Assembly: GCA_039917005.1 (NCBI GenBank)
Contig: JBDSKH010000067.1
Span: forward strand, 1-34,265
Direction: 5' to 3'
Source of the DNA: Pseudolysinimonas sp.
GTDB taxonomy: Bacteria > Actinomycetota > Actinomycetes > Actinomycetales > Microbacteriaceae
DNA length: 34,265 nucleotides
Both the position numbers and the translations under genes were made by a program. The notes below the pieces were generated by a model. That model did not search any database, was not told where the DNA came from, and saw only the letters and a list, made by a program, of their open reading frames with translations. Of this stretch, positions 17,438 to 25,289 are shown in pieces (the stretch's first letter is position 1; each line of letters starts with the position of its first letter).

Positions 17438-18952
17438 TCAGTAGCCGATGAAGACGTCCGTGTGGATGCGGCCGACGCCCGCCTTGTGTAGTGCCTGTTT
17501 GAGAGCGCCGACCATCGCCGGCGTCCCCGACAGGTAAGTGTGACGGCTCTTCACGTCGGGCACCGCCGCCAGCAGCTGGTCGCCGGTGAGACGGCGAGCC
17601 TCCACCCACGTCCAGCCCTTCGGCAGGTTGGCTGGCTTCTCGGCCGAGACGACGGTCACCGCGCTGCAGCCCGCCTTCGCGAGCAGGTCTACGTACGCCA
17701 GATCGTCGGGGGTGCTGATTGCGTAGACGAGCGCGACATCACGTTTGGCGTCTGCCGCGGAGAGCTGTTCGAGCTGGCTGACGTACGGCGTGATGCCGAT
17801 GCCGCCCGCGACGAGCAGCAGGGGGCCGTCGCCCTTCGGCAGCACGAAGTCGCCGCCGACCGAGGTGGCGGAGACCTTCGCGCCCGGCTCGAGGGCGAGA
17901 AGCGCCTTCTTGAAGCTGCTGGTCCTCTCGGGTAGCCGGATGCCGAATCGGACGTTGCCGCCGGGGGCTGCCGCGATGCTGAACACGCGGCGCCAGCCGC
18001 GGCTGTCAGTGCGGGGGTGCGGGAGCGTGAGCTCCATGAACTGCCCCGCGGTGAAGCGCACCGGGTACCTGGGAGCGAACTCGAACTCCCAGCTGGTCGG
18101 CGTCAACTGCTTCTTGCCGACGTAGCTCAGGCGCAGGCCGCGTCGCTGCCCGAAGAAGAACGCGAACAGGTTGCCGACGACCAGCGCGAACTGAGGGCTG
18201 GAGAAGAACAGGCCGAAGACGCTGATCCCCGGCGCGAAGAACAGCGCGACGAGGACGGCCTCGGCGAGCTGCTGCCAGCGACGCGGCGGCAGCGTCAGCG
18301 GCTCGCTCAGCATGAAGCCGGCGAAGAACACGATCGGCGAACTCAGCAGCGCCGTCGCGGCCGCGTCGGTCATCGGGAATCCGTTGACGCCGGCCGCGAC
18401 CACAGCGACAAGGACCGCGGAGACCAGGAACAGCCCGCCCAGCCACAGCTTGCGGGTGCGGAACAGGATGAGGAATGCGGTAAGCGCTGTGAACGGCAGC
18501 ATGTCGGAGGTACCGAGCCACCACGACACGAACGTGCCACTCAGGAACGGCAGCACGCTCACGATCATCGCGCCGGCCGCCGCCGGGTTGAATATGTGCC
18601 GCCCGCGGATCGCGAGCAGGAACTTCGAGGCGGTGGCCAGCAGCGCGGCCAGCGCCAGCATCCCCAGCCCGACCGGGTCGATCGTCGGGATGAAGATGAA
18701 CAGCAGCAGGAGTGCGGTGATCACCGTCGAGCTCAGCTGGGGCCGCACCCGGAAGATCAGCCCGAACAACCGACTCGACAGATACGTCACCACCAGCAGC
18801 ACGGCCGCGCTGGCAAGGATCTCGAGCGGCGAGTAGCTCAGCCGGCCGAGGAGGCTGAGCACCAGGGCGACGACGCCGAGGAAGCCGAGAGAGATGATGA
18901 CGAGCGCGTACATCGTGACGCGGCCCAGGATTCGATCGAGCCAAGCGGTCAT
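17438..18952 (-). CDS. Fusion protein: RnfD/NqrB-like polytopic membrane domain plus a C-terminal ferredoxin-NADP reductase-type FAD/NAD(P)-binding module
   Basis: ATG 18952 overlaps the apbE stop (ATGA). The membrane part (about 18130-18952) contains HIFNPAAAG. The FNR part (17438 to about 18130) has the RVFSIAAAP FAD motif, the LLLVAGGIGITP nucleotide motif and the ending GRIHTDVFIGY. The 777-aa ORF in the track is an artefactual upstream extension. Confidence 0.8.
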   Translation of the reverse strand: MTAWLDRILGRVTMYALVIISLGFLGVVALVLSLLGRLSYSPLEILASAAVLLVVTYLSSRLFGLIFRVRPQLSSTVITALLLLFIFIPTIDPVGLGMLALAALLATASKFLLAIRGRHIFNPAAAGAMIVSVLPFLSGTFVSWWLGTSDMLPFTALTAFLILFRTRKLWLGGLFLVSAVLVAVVAAGVNGFPMTDAAATALLSSPIVFFAGFMLSEPLTLPPRRWQQLAEAVLVALFFAPGISVFGLFFSSPQFALVVGNLFAFFFGQRRGLRLSYVGKKQLTPTSWEFEFAPRYPVRFTAGQFMELTLPHPRTDSRGWRRVFSIAAAPGGNVRFGIRLPERTSSFKKALLALEPGAKVSATSVGGDFVLPKGDGPLLLVAGGIGITPYVSQLEQLSAADAKRDVALVYAISTPDDLAYVDLLAKAGCSAVTVVSAEKPANLPKGWTWVEARRLTGDQLLAAVPDVKSRHTYLSGTPAMVGALKQALHKAGVGRIHTDVFIGY

Positions 18953-19755
18953 AGGAATAACTCCCCGGGGAAAGACGGCGAGGCTTCCACTCGGCCGTCG
19001 GCGAACATTCGGACATAGGACACAGCTGGGGACTGCAGGAGGTCTGGCGCTGGATCGAAGAACAGGGCGGTCGCGAGACCGTCTGCGTGGAGGGTATCGG
19101 GTGCGAGCGCCCAGGTGGCGACCACTCCGGCGGTCGGCAGCCCGGTCACCGCGTCGATCACGTGGTGGAGGCCGTGGCCCCAGGTGCGTCGGTTCGTGGC
19201 GCTCGCGGCAAGGGCGCCGTTCTTCAGCGGCACCACGCCGATCGCCTTCGACGGGTCGGCCGGATGCTCGAGGGCGACGCGCTCGGACGTCGCGCCCCGC
19301 GCCACGAGGTCTCCGCTCGCATCGACGACGAAGGTGCCGATGCCGTGCATCGTGAGAATGCCGGCGACCAGGTCGACGAGGTACCCCTTCCCGGCGGCGC
19401 CCACGTCGAGCAGCACCGGGCCGATCGTCTCGAGGAATTCGCCGTCCCAGGCCACGGCCTCGTCCCATGCGGGCACCGGTGTGAGATCGGCGGCGGGCGT
19501 GAGCCGGTAGCTGGAGTCGTAGCCCAGCGACTCCATGGTGCGGCCGACGAGAGGGGATACCCGGCCGCCCGTGCCTTCGTAGAGGAGGCGATACCAGTCG
19601 AGGAGAGGACCGGCGTCGGCGGGCAGGCGGTGCCGTCCGGCCGTGCGGGAGATCTTCGTGATCACCGAATCGTCGCGGAACCGCGACCAGTCGCGATCGA
19701 AACGCTCGACCCGCTCGAGCACGGCCTCGCGCTGGGCGTCGCTCAGGACATCCAC
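18949..19755 (-). CDS. apbE: ApbE-family FAD:protein FMN transferase (the 5' end may extend to about 19830)
   Basis: Motifs are LDVGAAGKGYLVD, DASGD, HHVIDAVTGLP and ADGLATALF. The first canonical start is GTG 19755. However, conserved-looking N-terminal sequence (WDFEAIGAPWRIET) is encoded in-frame upstream of it. Confidence 0.85.
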   Translation of the reverse strand: MDVLSDAQREAVLERVERFDRDWSRFRDDSVITKISRTAGRHRLPADAGPLLDWYRLLYEGTGGRVSPLVGRTMESLGYDSSYRLTPAADLTPVPAWDEAVAWDGEFLETIGPVLLDVGAAGKGYLVDLVAGILTMHGIGTFVVDASGDLVARGATSERVALEHPADPSKAIGVVPLKNGALAASATNRRTWGHGLHHVIDAVTGLPTAGVVATWALAPDTLHADGLATALFFDPAPDLLQSPAVSYVRMFADGRVEASPSFPGELFL

Positions 19756-19826
19756 CGTCTCGATGCGCCATGGCGCACCGATCGCCTCGAAGTCCCAGGC
19801 GCTCGGCAGCGCGGCGGGTTCGGCGA

Positions 19827-20261
19827 TCAGGACTCCAGTGCCTGTTCCTTGATGGCGGCGATCGCGATCTTGAATCCGCCGCTGGTCAATGACGAGCCCG
19901 AGACCTTGGTCACGTTGATGGTGTCGATGTCCTGGCCGACGATCTGGTCGGCGATTCCGCCCACGAACTCCGCCTGGTGGCCCTTGGCGGTCGGGTCGGT
20001 GGCGTGCGGGGTGACGGTCACCTCGGAGATCTTGTCGTCGGCGAGGGTGATCTCGACCGTGATCGACTCCGTGCCGCTCGGTGCCTGGTAGCTTCCGTCG
20101 GCGGTGTAGCTGCCGTCCTTGTAGGTGCCATCCGTGCTGCCGCCGGCGTCTCCGCCGCCGGTTCCGCCGCCGGTCGTCGCCGGCGCACAGGCGGCGAGCG
20201 CACCCATCAGGCCGAGCGCCGTGAAGGTCAGTGCGGCGGCGCGAGTGGTCGTTCGGGGCAT
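19827..20261 (-). CDS. FMN_bind-domain lipoprotein B (predicted ApbE substrate)
   Basis: ATG 20261 follows GAGGAG. The signal plus lipobox is MPRTTTRAAALTFTALGLMGALAAC. The FMN_bind-type domain has the motif VTKVSGSSLTSGGF. Confidence 0.8.
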   Translation of the reverse strand: MPRTTTRAAALTFTALGLMGALAACAPATTGGGTGGGDAGGSTDGTYKDGSYTADGSYQAPSGTESITVEITLADDKISEVTVTPHATDPTAKGHQAEFVGGIADQIVGQDIDTINVTKVSGSSLTSGGFKIAIAAIKEQALES

Positions 20262-20356
20262 TGTGGATCTCCTCGGTCGTGTGTGCTTCGGAATCACCGC
20301 CTCACGCGGTGGCTACAGCGTTACACATACAAGAACGACGCAGGCCCCTCTGAGGT

Positions 20357-20794
20357 TCACGCGGCCTGCGAACGGATTTCGTCGAGGGCTGAGTTGAAAC
20401 CGTTGGCGGTGAGCGAGGCGCCGGCAACGCGCGACACCGAGAGCGCCGAGATGTCCTTGCCGACGATCTCGCCGGAGATCGCGGACGCGAAACGCCCCTG
20501 CCACTCGCGAGCCTCGTGATCGGTGGCGTCGCCCGACACGGTGACCGCGGTGACGGTGTCATCGACGAGCGTCAGCTCGACCACGATCGATTCGTCGCCG
20601 CTGGGCGCCTGATAACCAGCCTCGACGGTGTACGTGCCGTCGGCATACCCGGATGTCGCGGCCGAGTCGGGTGCGCCGGTGGAGTTGTCGCCCGCCGTGC
20701 CCGCGACCGCCGTCTGGACGGCGCACCCGGCGAGCGAGAGCATCCCGAGAGCGGCGAATCCGAGGGCGAGGGGACGGCGGGAGCGAGAAGTCAT
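20357..20794 (-). CDS. FMN_bind-domain lipoprotein A (predicted ApbE substrate), paralog of lipoprotein B
   Basis: It starts at ATG 20794. The signal is MTSRSRRPLALGFAALGMLSLAGC, which has a twin-Arg-like SRRPLAL and a lipobox. The FMN_bind-type domain has the motif VSRVAGASLTANGF. Confidence 0.8.
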   Translation of the reverse strand: MTSRSRRPLALGFAALGMLSLAGCAVQTAVAGTAGDNSTGAPDSAATSGYADGTYTVEAGYQAPSGDESIVVELTLVDDTVTAVTVSGDATDHEAREWQGRFASAISGEIVGKDISALSVSRVAGASLTANGFNSALDEIRSQAA

Positions 20795-20901
20795 GCACCT
20801 ACTCTTGCGGTGGGGGCTATGCGCCCGCCTGGCTTCGTCCGGGAAAACCCTGTGCGACGGACGTCTTGCATTCTGATTGTTCGTACGCTTTACTAACAAA
20901 C

Positions 20902-22068
20902 ATGTCAACGCCATCGGCATCCGGATACGCCACCGGTCGCATCCTGCGGCCGAGCGCGAAGTCCCTGCCGGAGCACTCGCGCAGTCACAACCGGGCCCTC
21001 GTCCTCCAGACCCTCTACCGGTCGGGCACCATCTCCCGCGCCGACCTGGCCCGTGCCACCGGCCTCACCCGGGTCACCATCTCCGACCTCGTCGCCCAGC
21101 TCATCGTCGACGACCTGGTCGTCGAGCTCGGTCAGCGCACTCCGTCGTCAGAGCATGGCGCGCGGCCGGGCAAGCCCGCCACCCTGCTCGACATCAACCG
21201 CACCGGGTTCCAGATCCTCGGTCTCGACCTCAGCGACCACGCCGTGCTGCGCGGCAGCGTGCTCGACCTCGACGGGCACATCCTCGAGCGCCGCGAGGTG
21301 GATCTCGAGAACGCCAGCGGCCAGTCGGTCGTCGACAAGGTCGTCGCCCTCACGGCCGAACTCGTGGCGGCGGCCAGCGTCCCCATCCTGGGCATCGGCG
21401 TCGGTTCCCCCGGCGTCGTCGACCTCGGCGGAACCGTCATCAGCGCGCCCAACCTGGGATGGAGCGACCTGCCGCTGCAGGCGCTCCTCGAGCAGGCGAC
21501 GGGACTGCCGGTCATCGTCGCCAACGACGCCAACGCGGCCGTCCTCGCCGAGCACAGCTTCGGCGGGGCGCTCAGCGACACCATGCTGGTCAAGATCGGC
21601 CACGGTGTCGGGGCCGGCCTGCTGCTGGGCGGCACGCCGCTGTTCGGCAACCGCTTCGCCGCGGGGGAGATCGGCCACGTGATGGTCGGCACCGACGGTG
21701 GCGAGCTCTGCGCATGCGGCAAGGTCGGGTGCCTCGAGACATGGCTGGCCATCCCCCGGCTCACCGCGAAACTCGAGGCGACCGACGACCCCGCCGAGCG
21801 GGAGCACATCCTGCGTCTCGCCGGGGAGCGGCTCGGAATCGCCCTCGCGCCCGTCGTGGGCGCCCTGGATCTGGCGGAGCTCGTGCTCAGCGGCCCCGCC
21901 GAACTGCTCGACGGCCCCCTCACCGAGGCGGCCCTCGACACCCTCCGCAACCGGACGATGGCCGAATTCCACGGCGATCTGACGGTTCGGATGACCGCTC
22001 TCGGTCAGGACATCGTCATGCGCGGTGCTGCCGCCATGGTCCTGTCGGGGCAACTCGGGGTCTCCTGA
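20902..22068 (+). CDS. ROK-family transcriptional regulator (NagC/Mlc type)
   Basis: It starts at ATG 20902. The N-terminal winged-HTH is NRALVLQTLYRSGTISRADLARATGLTRVTISDLVAQL. The ROK sugar-kinase-like domain carries the CACGKVGCLE zinc motif. Confidence 0.85.
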   Translation: MSTPSASGYATGRILRPSAKSLPEHSRSHNRALVLQTLYRSGTISRADLARATGLTRVTISDLVAQLIVDDLVVELGQRTPSSEHGARPGKPATLLDINRTGFQILGLDLSDHAVLRGSVLDLDGHILERREVDLENASGQSVVDKVVALTAELVAAASVPILGIGVGSPGVVDLGGTVISAPNLGWSDLPLQALLEQATGLPVIVANDANAAVLAEHSFGGALSDTMLVKIGHGVGAGLLLGGTPLFGNRFAAGEIGHVMVGTDGGELCACGKVGCLETWLAIPRLTAKLEATDDPAEREHILRLAGERLGIALAPVVGALDLAELVLSGPAELLDGPLTEAALDTLRNRTMAEFHGDLTVRMTALGQDIVMRGAAAMVLSGQLGVS

Positions 22069-22108
22069 TCCCACTCCCCGCACCACGGGGTGCCAGCACA
22101 CGCTGACA

Positions 22109-22125
22109 CCGTCGCCCTAGGAAAG
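22109..22125 (+). repeat. 17-bp motif CCGTCGCCCTAGGAAAG, copy 1 (upstream of the SBP gene)
   Basis: An exact 17/17 match to 23460-23476. It contains the palindrome CCTAGG. Confidence 0.6.
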
Positions 22126-22134
22126 GAAACAGCA

Positions 22135-23394
22135 ATGAGGAAACTCGCTCTCGCTGCGGCAACGGTTGCCGCGGCTGCGCTCGTCCTCGCAGGATGTGCG
22201 CCGTCGGCGCCCGCCGAGGAGGCGACCGGAGACATCCGCGTCTGGCTCGTCGGAACCGACACGCCGCAGGATGCCCGCGACTACCTGAAGACGACGTTCG
22301 AAGACGAGAACCCCGGTTCGACTCTGACCATCGAGGAGCAGCAGTGGACCGGCCTGGTCGACCTGCTGACCACGAGCCTGTCGTCGAACGACTCCCCCGA
22401 TGTCGTGGAGGTCGGAAACACGCAGGCCGCAGCGTTCACGTCGGCCGGCGCGTTCCTCGACCTGACCGACCAGTACGAGGCGCTCGGCGGTGACGACCTG
22501 CTCCCCGGCTTCACGGAGGCGGGATCGTACGACGGCAAGTTCTTCGCCGCTCCCTACTACTCGGGTGCTCGCATCGTGTTCTACAACACGGCGCAGTACG
22601 CGACGGCGGGCGTCGAGGTTCCGACCACCCTCGAGGAGTACGTGGACAACGCGGGCACGCTCGCCGCTGCCCTCCCCGGCGTCTCGGGCGTCTGGTACCC
22701 CGGACAGGACTGGTACAACGCTCTCCCCTTCGTCTGGGAGAACGGTGGCGAGGTCGCCGTCCAGGGTGACGACGGATCGTGGGACGCGCAGTTCTCGTCC
22801 GCCGAGTCTCTGAAGGGCCTCAAGCAGGTCCAGCAGCTCATGGCGAGCTCGACCGCGCCGAAGGACGGCGACGAGACCGAACTGTGGGTTCCGTTCCGTG
22901 AGGAGAAGGCAGCGACCATCTCCGCGCCGAGCTGGGCGTACTGGTCGATCGTGGCCGACGAGGACCAGGCAGCCACCGCACTGACCGACACCCTCGGAAC
23001 CTTCGCCCTCCCGGGCGCGGACGGCGGCGCCGCTCAGGTGTTCGCCGGTGGCTCGAACATCGCCGTCTCGGCGAAGTCCGCGCACCCCGCACTGGCCACG
23101 AAGGCGCTCGCGATCATCGAGAGCCCTGAGTACCAGACGATCCTGGCGGGTGCCGGCCTCGTGCCCGCGCTGACGTCGCTGGGTGACAAGGTCGCGGCTG
23201 CGACGCCGGAGCTGGCGAAGGTCATCGCCGACGCCGCCGCCAACGCGAAGCTGACCCCGGCGAGCCCGAAGTGGGCCGACGTCGAGGCATCGCGCGTCCT
23301 CCAGGACTTCTTCGTCCAGCTGGCCAACGGCGGCGACGCCGAGGCCCTGGCGACGGAGCTCGATACCAAGATCGAGGACATCCTGAACGGCTAG
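22135..23394 (+). CDS. Sugar ABC transporter substrate-binding lipoprotein (GlcNAc/chitobiose-type by context)
   Basis: ATG 22135 follows AGGAAAGGAAA. The lipobox is LVLAGC. It has family-1 solute-binding protein features and genomic context with nag genes. Confidence 0.88.
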   Translation: MRKLALAAATVAAAALVLAGCAPSAPAEEATGDIRVWLVGTDTPQDARDYLKTTFEDENPGSTLTIEEQQWTGLVDLLTTSLSSNDSPDVVEVGNTQAAAFTSAGAFLDLTDQYEALGGDDLLPGFTEAGSYDGKFFAAPYYSGARIVFYNTAQYATAGVEVPTTLEEYVDNAGTLAAALPGVSGVWYPGQDWYNALPFVWENGGEVAVQGDDGSWDAQFSSAESLKGLKQVQQLMASSTAPKDGDETELWVPFREEKAATISAPSWAYWSIVADEDQAATALTDTLGTFALPGADGGAAQVFAGGSNIAVSAKSAHPALATKALAIIESPEYQTILAGAGLVPALTSLGDKVAAATPELAKVIADAAANAKLTPASPKWADVEASRVLQDFFVQLANGGDAEALATELDTKIEDILNG

Positions 23395-23413
23395 CCTCCG
23401 CGCTGGCCCTACG

Positions 23414-23450
23414 GGGATGGCGGTGCGAGTCTGAATCGCACCGCCATCCC
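23414..23450 (+). other. Perfect 15-bp intercistronic stem-loop between the SBP and permease genes
   Basis: GGGATGGCGGTGCGA - gtctgaa - TCGCACCGCCATCCC. It is not followed by a U-tract. Confidence 0.55.
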
Positions 23451-23459
23451 ACCCGGTGC

Positions 23460-23476
23460 CCGTCGCCCTAGGAAAG
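23460..23476 (+). repeat. 17-bp motif CCGTCGCCCTAGGAAAG, copy 2 (upstream of the permease gene)
   Basis: An exact copy of 22109-22125. It lies 38 nt upstream of ATG 23515. Confidence 0.6.
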
Positions 23477-23514
23477 CGTCCGGGGCACGTGCGAACTCTA
23501 CTCGGAGACCCCAC

Positions 23515-24441
23515 ATGACTCTCGCGTTGCGCGGCCGGAGGCTGAGCAGCCGCCGCCGAGGCGAGCTGTTGCCCTACCTGCTGCTGATCCCCGCCGGCAT
23601 CGTCATCCTGGCACTCACCGGATGGCCGCTGCTCCAGCTGCTCATCATCTCGTTCCAGGAGTTCGGCCGCGCGCAGATCTTCGGTGCCGCTCCCGGTTGG
23701 GTCTGGTTCGAGAACTACGCCGACGTGCTCACCGACCCGGTCTTCTGGCAGGTGCTCGGCCGCAGCATCCTGTTCGCCCTCGTCAACGTGGTGACCACCA
23801 TGCTGCTGGGCGTGCTGATCGCACTGCTCATGACCCGGCTGAACAAGGGATTCAAGCTCCTGGTCTCTGCGGGCCTCCTGCTGGCCTGGGCGATGCCGCC
23901 CATCACGGCGACCGTCGTCTGGGGCTGGCTCTTCGACACCCAGTCCGGGGTCGTGAACTACGTGCTCAGCACGGTCTTCGGACTCGACTTCATCGGCCAC
24001 AGCTGGCTGATCGAGCCCCTCAGCTTCTTCTTCGTCGCCACGGTGATCATCACCTGGCAGTCGGTGCCTTTCGTCGCCTTCACCACCTTCGCCGGGCTCA
24101 CCCAGGTGCCCGGAGAGGTGCTGGAGGCGGCGGAACTCGACGGGTCGACCGGCCTGCAGCGGTTCCGGTTCATCACGTTCCCCTACATCCGCCCGGTGCT
24201 GCTCGTGCTGCTCCTGCTGCAGATCATCTGGGACATGCGCGTCTTCCCGCAGATCAAGGCGCTGCAGTCGATCGGCGGCATCTCGGCCGACACCAGCACC
24301 ATCGGCGTCTACATCTACAACGTCTCGATCGCGGGCGGCGACCTCGGGGCGGGCGGCGCGATCGCCGTCATCCTCGTGATCGTCATGATGGCGCTCTCGG
24401 CCTACTACATCCGCAGCACCCTGAGGCAGGACGAGGCATGA
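23515..24441 (+). CDS. Carbohydrate ABC transporter permease (MalF/DasB-like)
   Basis: ATG 23515 follows GGAGA. It has 6 TM segments and the EAA-type loop EAAELDGSTGLQRFRFITFP. Confidence 0.9.
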   Translation: MTLALRGRRLSSRRRGELLPYLLLIPAGIVILALTGWPLLQLLIISFQEFGRAQIFGAAPGWVWFENYADVLTDPVFWQVLGRSILFALVNVVTTMLLGVLIALLMTRLNKGFKLLVSAGLLLAWAMPPITATVVWGWLFDTQSGVVNYVLSTVFGLDFIGHSWLIEPLSFFFVATVIITWQSVPFVAFTTFAGLTQVPGEVLEAAELDGSTGLQRFRFITFPYIRPVLLVLLLLQIIWDMRVFPQIKALQSIGGISADTSTIGVYIYNVSIAGGDLGAGGAIAVILVIVMMALSAYYIRSTLRQDEA

Positions 24442-25289
24442 GAGACCACACGAAGCTGCCCGTGCGCGTGCTGATGAGCTCGCTCGCCGTGATCGTCTTC
24501 GTCTTCTCGACGTTCCCGGTCTACTGGATGCTGAACTCGGCGCTGCTGCCGACGAGCGCCGTGCAGGACTCGACGCCGCACTTCTGGCCAGACCAGTTCA
24601 CGCTCCGCAACTTCGTGACCGTTGTCACCGAGCCCTCAGGCAGCATCGAGTTCCTCCCGGCCCTGAGCACGTCGGTCATCGTGACGGTGTCGACCGTGGT
24701 CTTCGCCCTCTTCTTCGCGTTCTTCGCCGCTCTCGCGCTCACGCGATTCCGCTTCAAGAGCCGTCGTACGCTGATCGTGCTGCTGCTGGTGGCCCAGATG
24801 ATCCCGGCTGAGGCGATGATCGTGTCGGTCTTCCGGGTCCTGGATGGCTGGGCCCTCATCAACACGATCATCGGCCTCACGCTCGTCTATCTGGCGACCG
24901 TTCTGCCGTTCACGATCTGGACGCTCCGCGGCTTCGTGGGCGGCATCCCGATCGAACTGGAGGAAGCCGCGATGGTCGACGGGTGCTCGCGCATGGGGGC
25001 GTTCTTCCGGGTGACGCTGCCCCTGCTCGGGCCGGGGCTCACGGCGACCGGCGTCTTCGCGTTCATCCAGGCCTGGAACGAGTTCACCTTCGCCCTCGTC
25101 GTCATGAACAAGCCCGACACCCGCACGCTGCCGGTCTGGCTCAACGCGTTCGTGCAGGCCACCCAGGCGACCGACTGGGCGGCCATCATGGCGGGCTCGA
25201 CCCTCATGGCCATCCCGGTCATCATCTTCTTCCTGCTCGTGCAGGGCCGGATGGCGTCGGGCATCGCCGCAGGGGCGGTGAAGGGATGA
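24438..25289 (+). CDS. Carbohydrate ABC transporter permease (MalG/DasC-like)
   Basis: ATG 24438 overlaps the upstream stop (ATGA). It has the EAA loop EEAAMVDGCSRMGAFFRVTLP. Confidence 0.9.
   Translation: MRDHTKLPVRVLMSSLAVIVFVFSTFPVYWMLNSALLPTSAVQDSTPHFWPDQFTLRNFVTVVTEPSGSIEFLPALSTSVIVTVSTVVFALFFAFFAALALTRFRFKSRRTLIVLLLVAQMIPAEAMIVSVFRVLDGWALINTIIGLTLVYLATVLPFTIWTLRGFVGGIPIELEEAAMVDGCSRMGAFFRVTLPLLGPGLTATGVFAFIQAWNEFTFALVVMNKPDTRTLPVWLNAFVQATQATDWAAIMAGSTLMAIPVIIFFLLVQGRMASGIAAGAVKG

Noticed and set aside
18130-18952. A covalent-FMN acceptor motif ([ST]GA[ST], as in NqrB/RnfD) within the RnfD-like membrane domain.
   Set aside because: The closest string is FLSGTFVSW, which does not fit the motif. 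I therefore do not claim that the membrane domain itself is flavinylated.
17438-19771. The 777-aa ORF in the track suggests a giant protein spanning the reductase gene and the apbE region. Similar N-terminal extensions appear at 20653, 23622, 24983, 26626, 27264, 5801, 29462 and 30625.
   Set aside because: The upstream parts are Arg/Pro-rich and overlap well-supported genes in other frames. Internal starts with an SD or ATGA/GTGA coupling give proteins of normal family length.
22069-22134. A DasR-type dre operator (TGGTCTAGACCA-like) upstream of the GlcNAc transporter or nag genes.
   Set aside because: No match better than a few bases was seen in 20795-20901, 22069-22134, 23395-23514 or 29409-29434. 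The CCTAGG-containing 17-mer is a different motif.
22315-22324. A T-loop-like GGTTCGACTC string, which could hint at a tRNA.
   Set aside because: It lies inside the SBP coding frame, and no acceptor, anticodon or D-arm pairing surrounds it. I found no tRNA or rRNA in the window.
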